Source of the DNA: Candidatus Zipacnadum vermilionense
GTDB taxonomy: Bacteria > Armatimonadota > Zipacnadia > Zipacnadales > Zipacnadaceae
NCBI GenBank assembly: GCA_029821755.1
Contig: JALGSV010000006.1
Coordinates: 42,018-106,017 of the forward strand
DNA length: 64,000 nucleotides
Direction of reading: 5' to 3'
In this document: piece after piece, positions 63,310-64,000 of the stretch
How the letters are laid out: the number at the start of each line of letters is the position of its first letter
How positions within the stretch are numbered: position 1 is the stretch's first letter
The notes under the pieces: generated by a model
Databases searched by the model: none
What the model saw: only the letters and a program-made list of their open reading frames with translations
What the model was told of the DNA's origin: nothing
Position numbers and translations under genes: made by a program

Positions 63310-64000
63310 ATGCCGCGACGCCTCTCGGCCCTCATCTGGCTGGGCCTCTTCGCCGCCTTCTATGTCGGTTTCGCCTCCGGCCTCCAGCGGCTGTGGGACT
63401 ATGACTTCTGGTGGCACCTCAAAACCGGCGAGTTGATTGTCCACCAGGGCGCCATTCCCCATGCCGACCCCTTCTCCTGGAGCCGCCCCGGCGCGGCCTG
63501 GACCGCTCACGAGTGGGGCTGGGACGCCGTGCTTTACCTGGTTTACTCGGCCGGTGGGTGGCTCGGGCTCATCTATCTCAAGGCCACGCTCTTCGGCCTC
63601 TGCGCCGCCCTGGCCGCCTACCTAGCCCTGCGCTGGGGCGCGGGCCTGCTGCCGGCGCTAGCAGTGACCGCCCTAATGTCCGTCGCCGTCAGCCTCTGGC
63701 TCAACGCCCGCCCGCAGATGCTGATCGTGCTCTATGTCCTGCTCATCCTGCACCTGTTGACCTCGTACCGCGAGGGCCGTCCCCGCGCCCTGTGGTGGCT
63801 GCCGGTAACCTTCCTCTTCTGGGCCAATACCCATGGGGCTTTCCTGCTTGGGTGGGCCATACTCGCGCTGTTCGGGGTGTGCGAAGTCTTCCAGCCCTCT
63901 CTGCGTGGCGCGGACTTTCTAGCCCGCGCTCCCCTGGGCGGACTAGGAAGCCCGGCCCACGCGGACCCGTCAGACCTCCGCCTCACCTGGCCCCGGCCGC
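63310..64000 (+). CDS. Multi-pass membrane protein (GT-C-like, DxWWHL family), runs off the window
   Basis: Absent from the ORF track. My translation gives MPRRLSALIW...DFWWHLKTG...DPFS...HEW...RPQ...WANTHGAF, with no stop before the window end. Confidence 0.75.
   Translation, partial: MPRRLSALIWLGLFAAFYVGFASGLQRLWDYDFWWHLKTGELIVHQGAIPHADPFSWSRPGAAWTAHEWGWDAVLYLVYSAGGWLGLIYLKATLFGLCAALAAYLALRWGAGLLPALAVTALMSVAVSLWLNARPQMLIVLYVLLILHLLTSYREGRPRALWWLPVTFLFWANTHGAFLLGWAILALFGVCEVFQPSLRGADFLARAPLGGLGSPAHADPSDLRLTWPRP

Overview
This is a GC-rich bacterial chromosomal segment with about 58 CDSs. I found no rRNA, tRNA, CRISPR array, prophage or integrase/transposase gene. LptA/LptC together with ScpAB, PdxST, copper-amine-oxidase 'stalk' domains and SigH-like promoters suggest a diderm Terrabacteria lineage such as Armatimonadota (inference). 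Core genes are lysA, scpA-scpB-dac-rluB, queDC, dnaE, hisD, hpf, csp, pdxS, pdxT, comEC and lptCA. Accessory content is a ~13 kb minus-strand carbohydrate-catabolic run, four URO-D/methyltransferase-like paralogs, a tandem ADP-ribosylglycohydrolase, glycosyltransferases, two OFA-type MFS transporters and three small defence-like inserts (AbrB-PIN TA, HEPN, HsdR_N-like nuclease). The most notable sequence-level observations are: (1) an integrase-free 1.28 kb nuclease insert bounded by a 44-bp duplication of the pdxT 3' end; (2) REP-like palindromes inserted in frame inside several proteins; (3) six SigH-like promoters, several near-leaderless, in front of comEC and sugar-scavenging genes; (4) an in-frame TGA and an apparent ATA start in the catabolic locus; (5) a 132-bp MITE-like element with nested REPs. 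All family calls come from motif recognition by eye; no database search was run.
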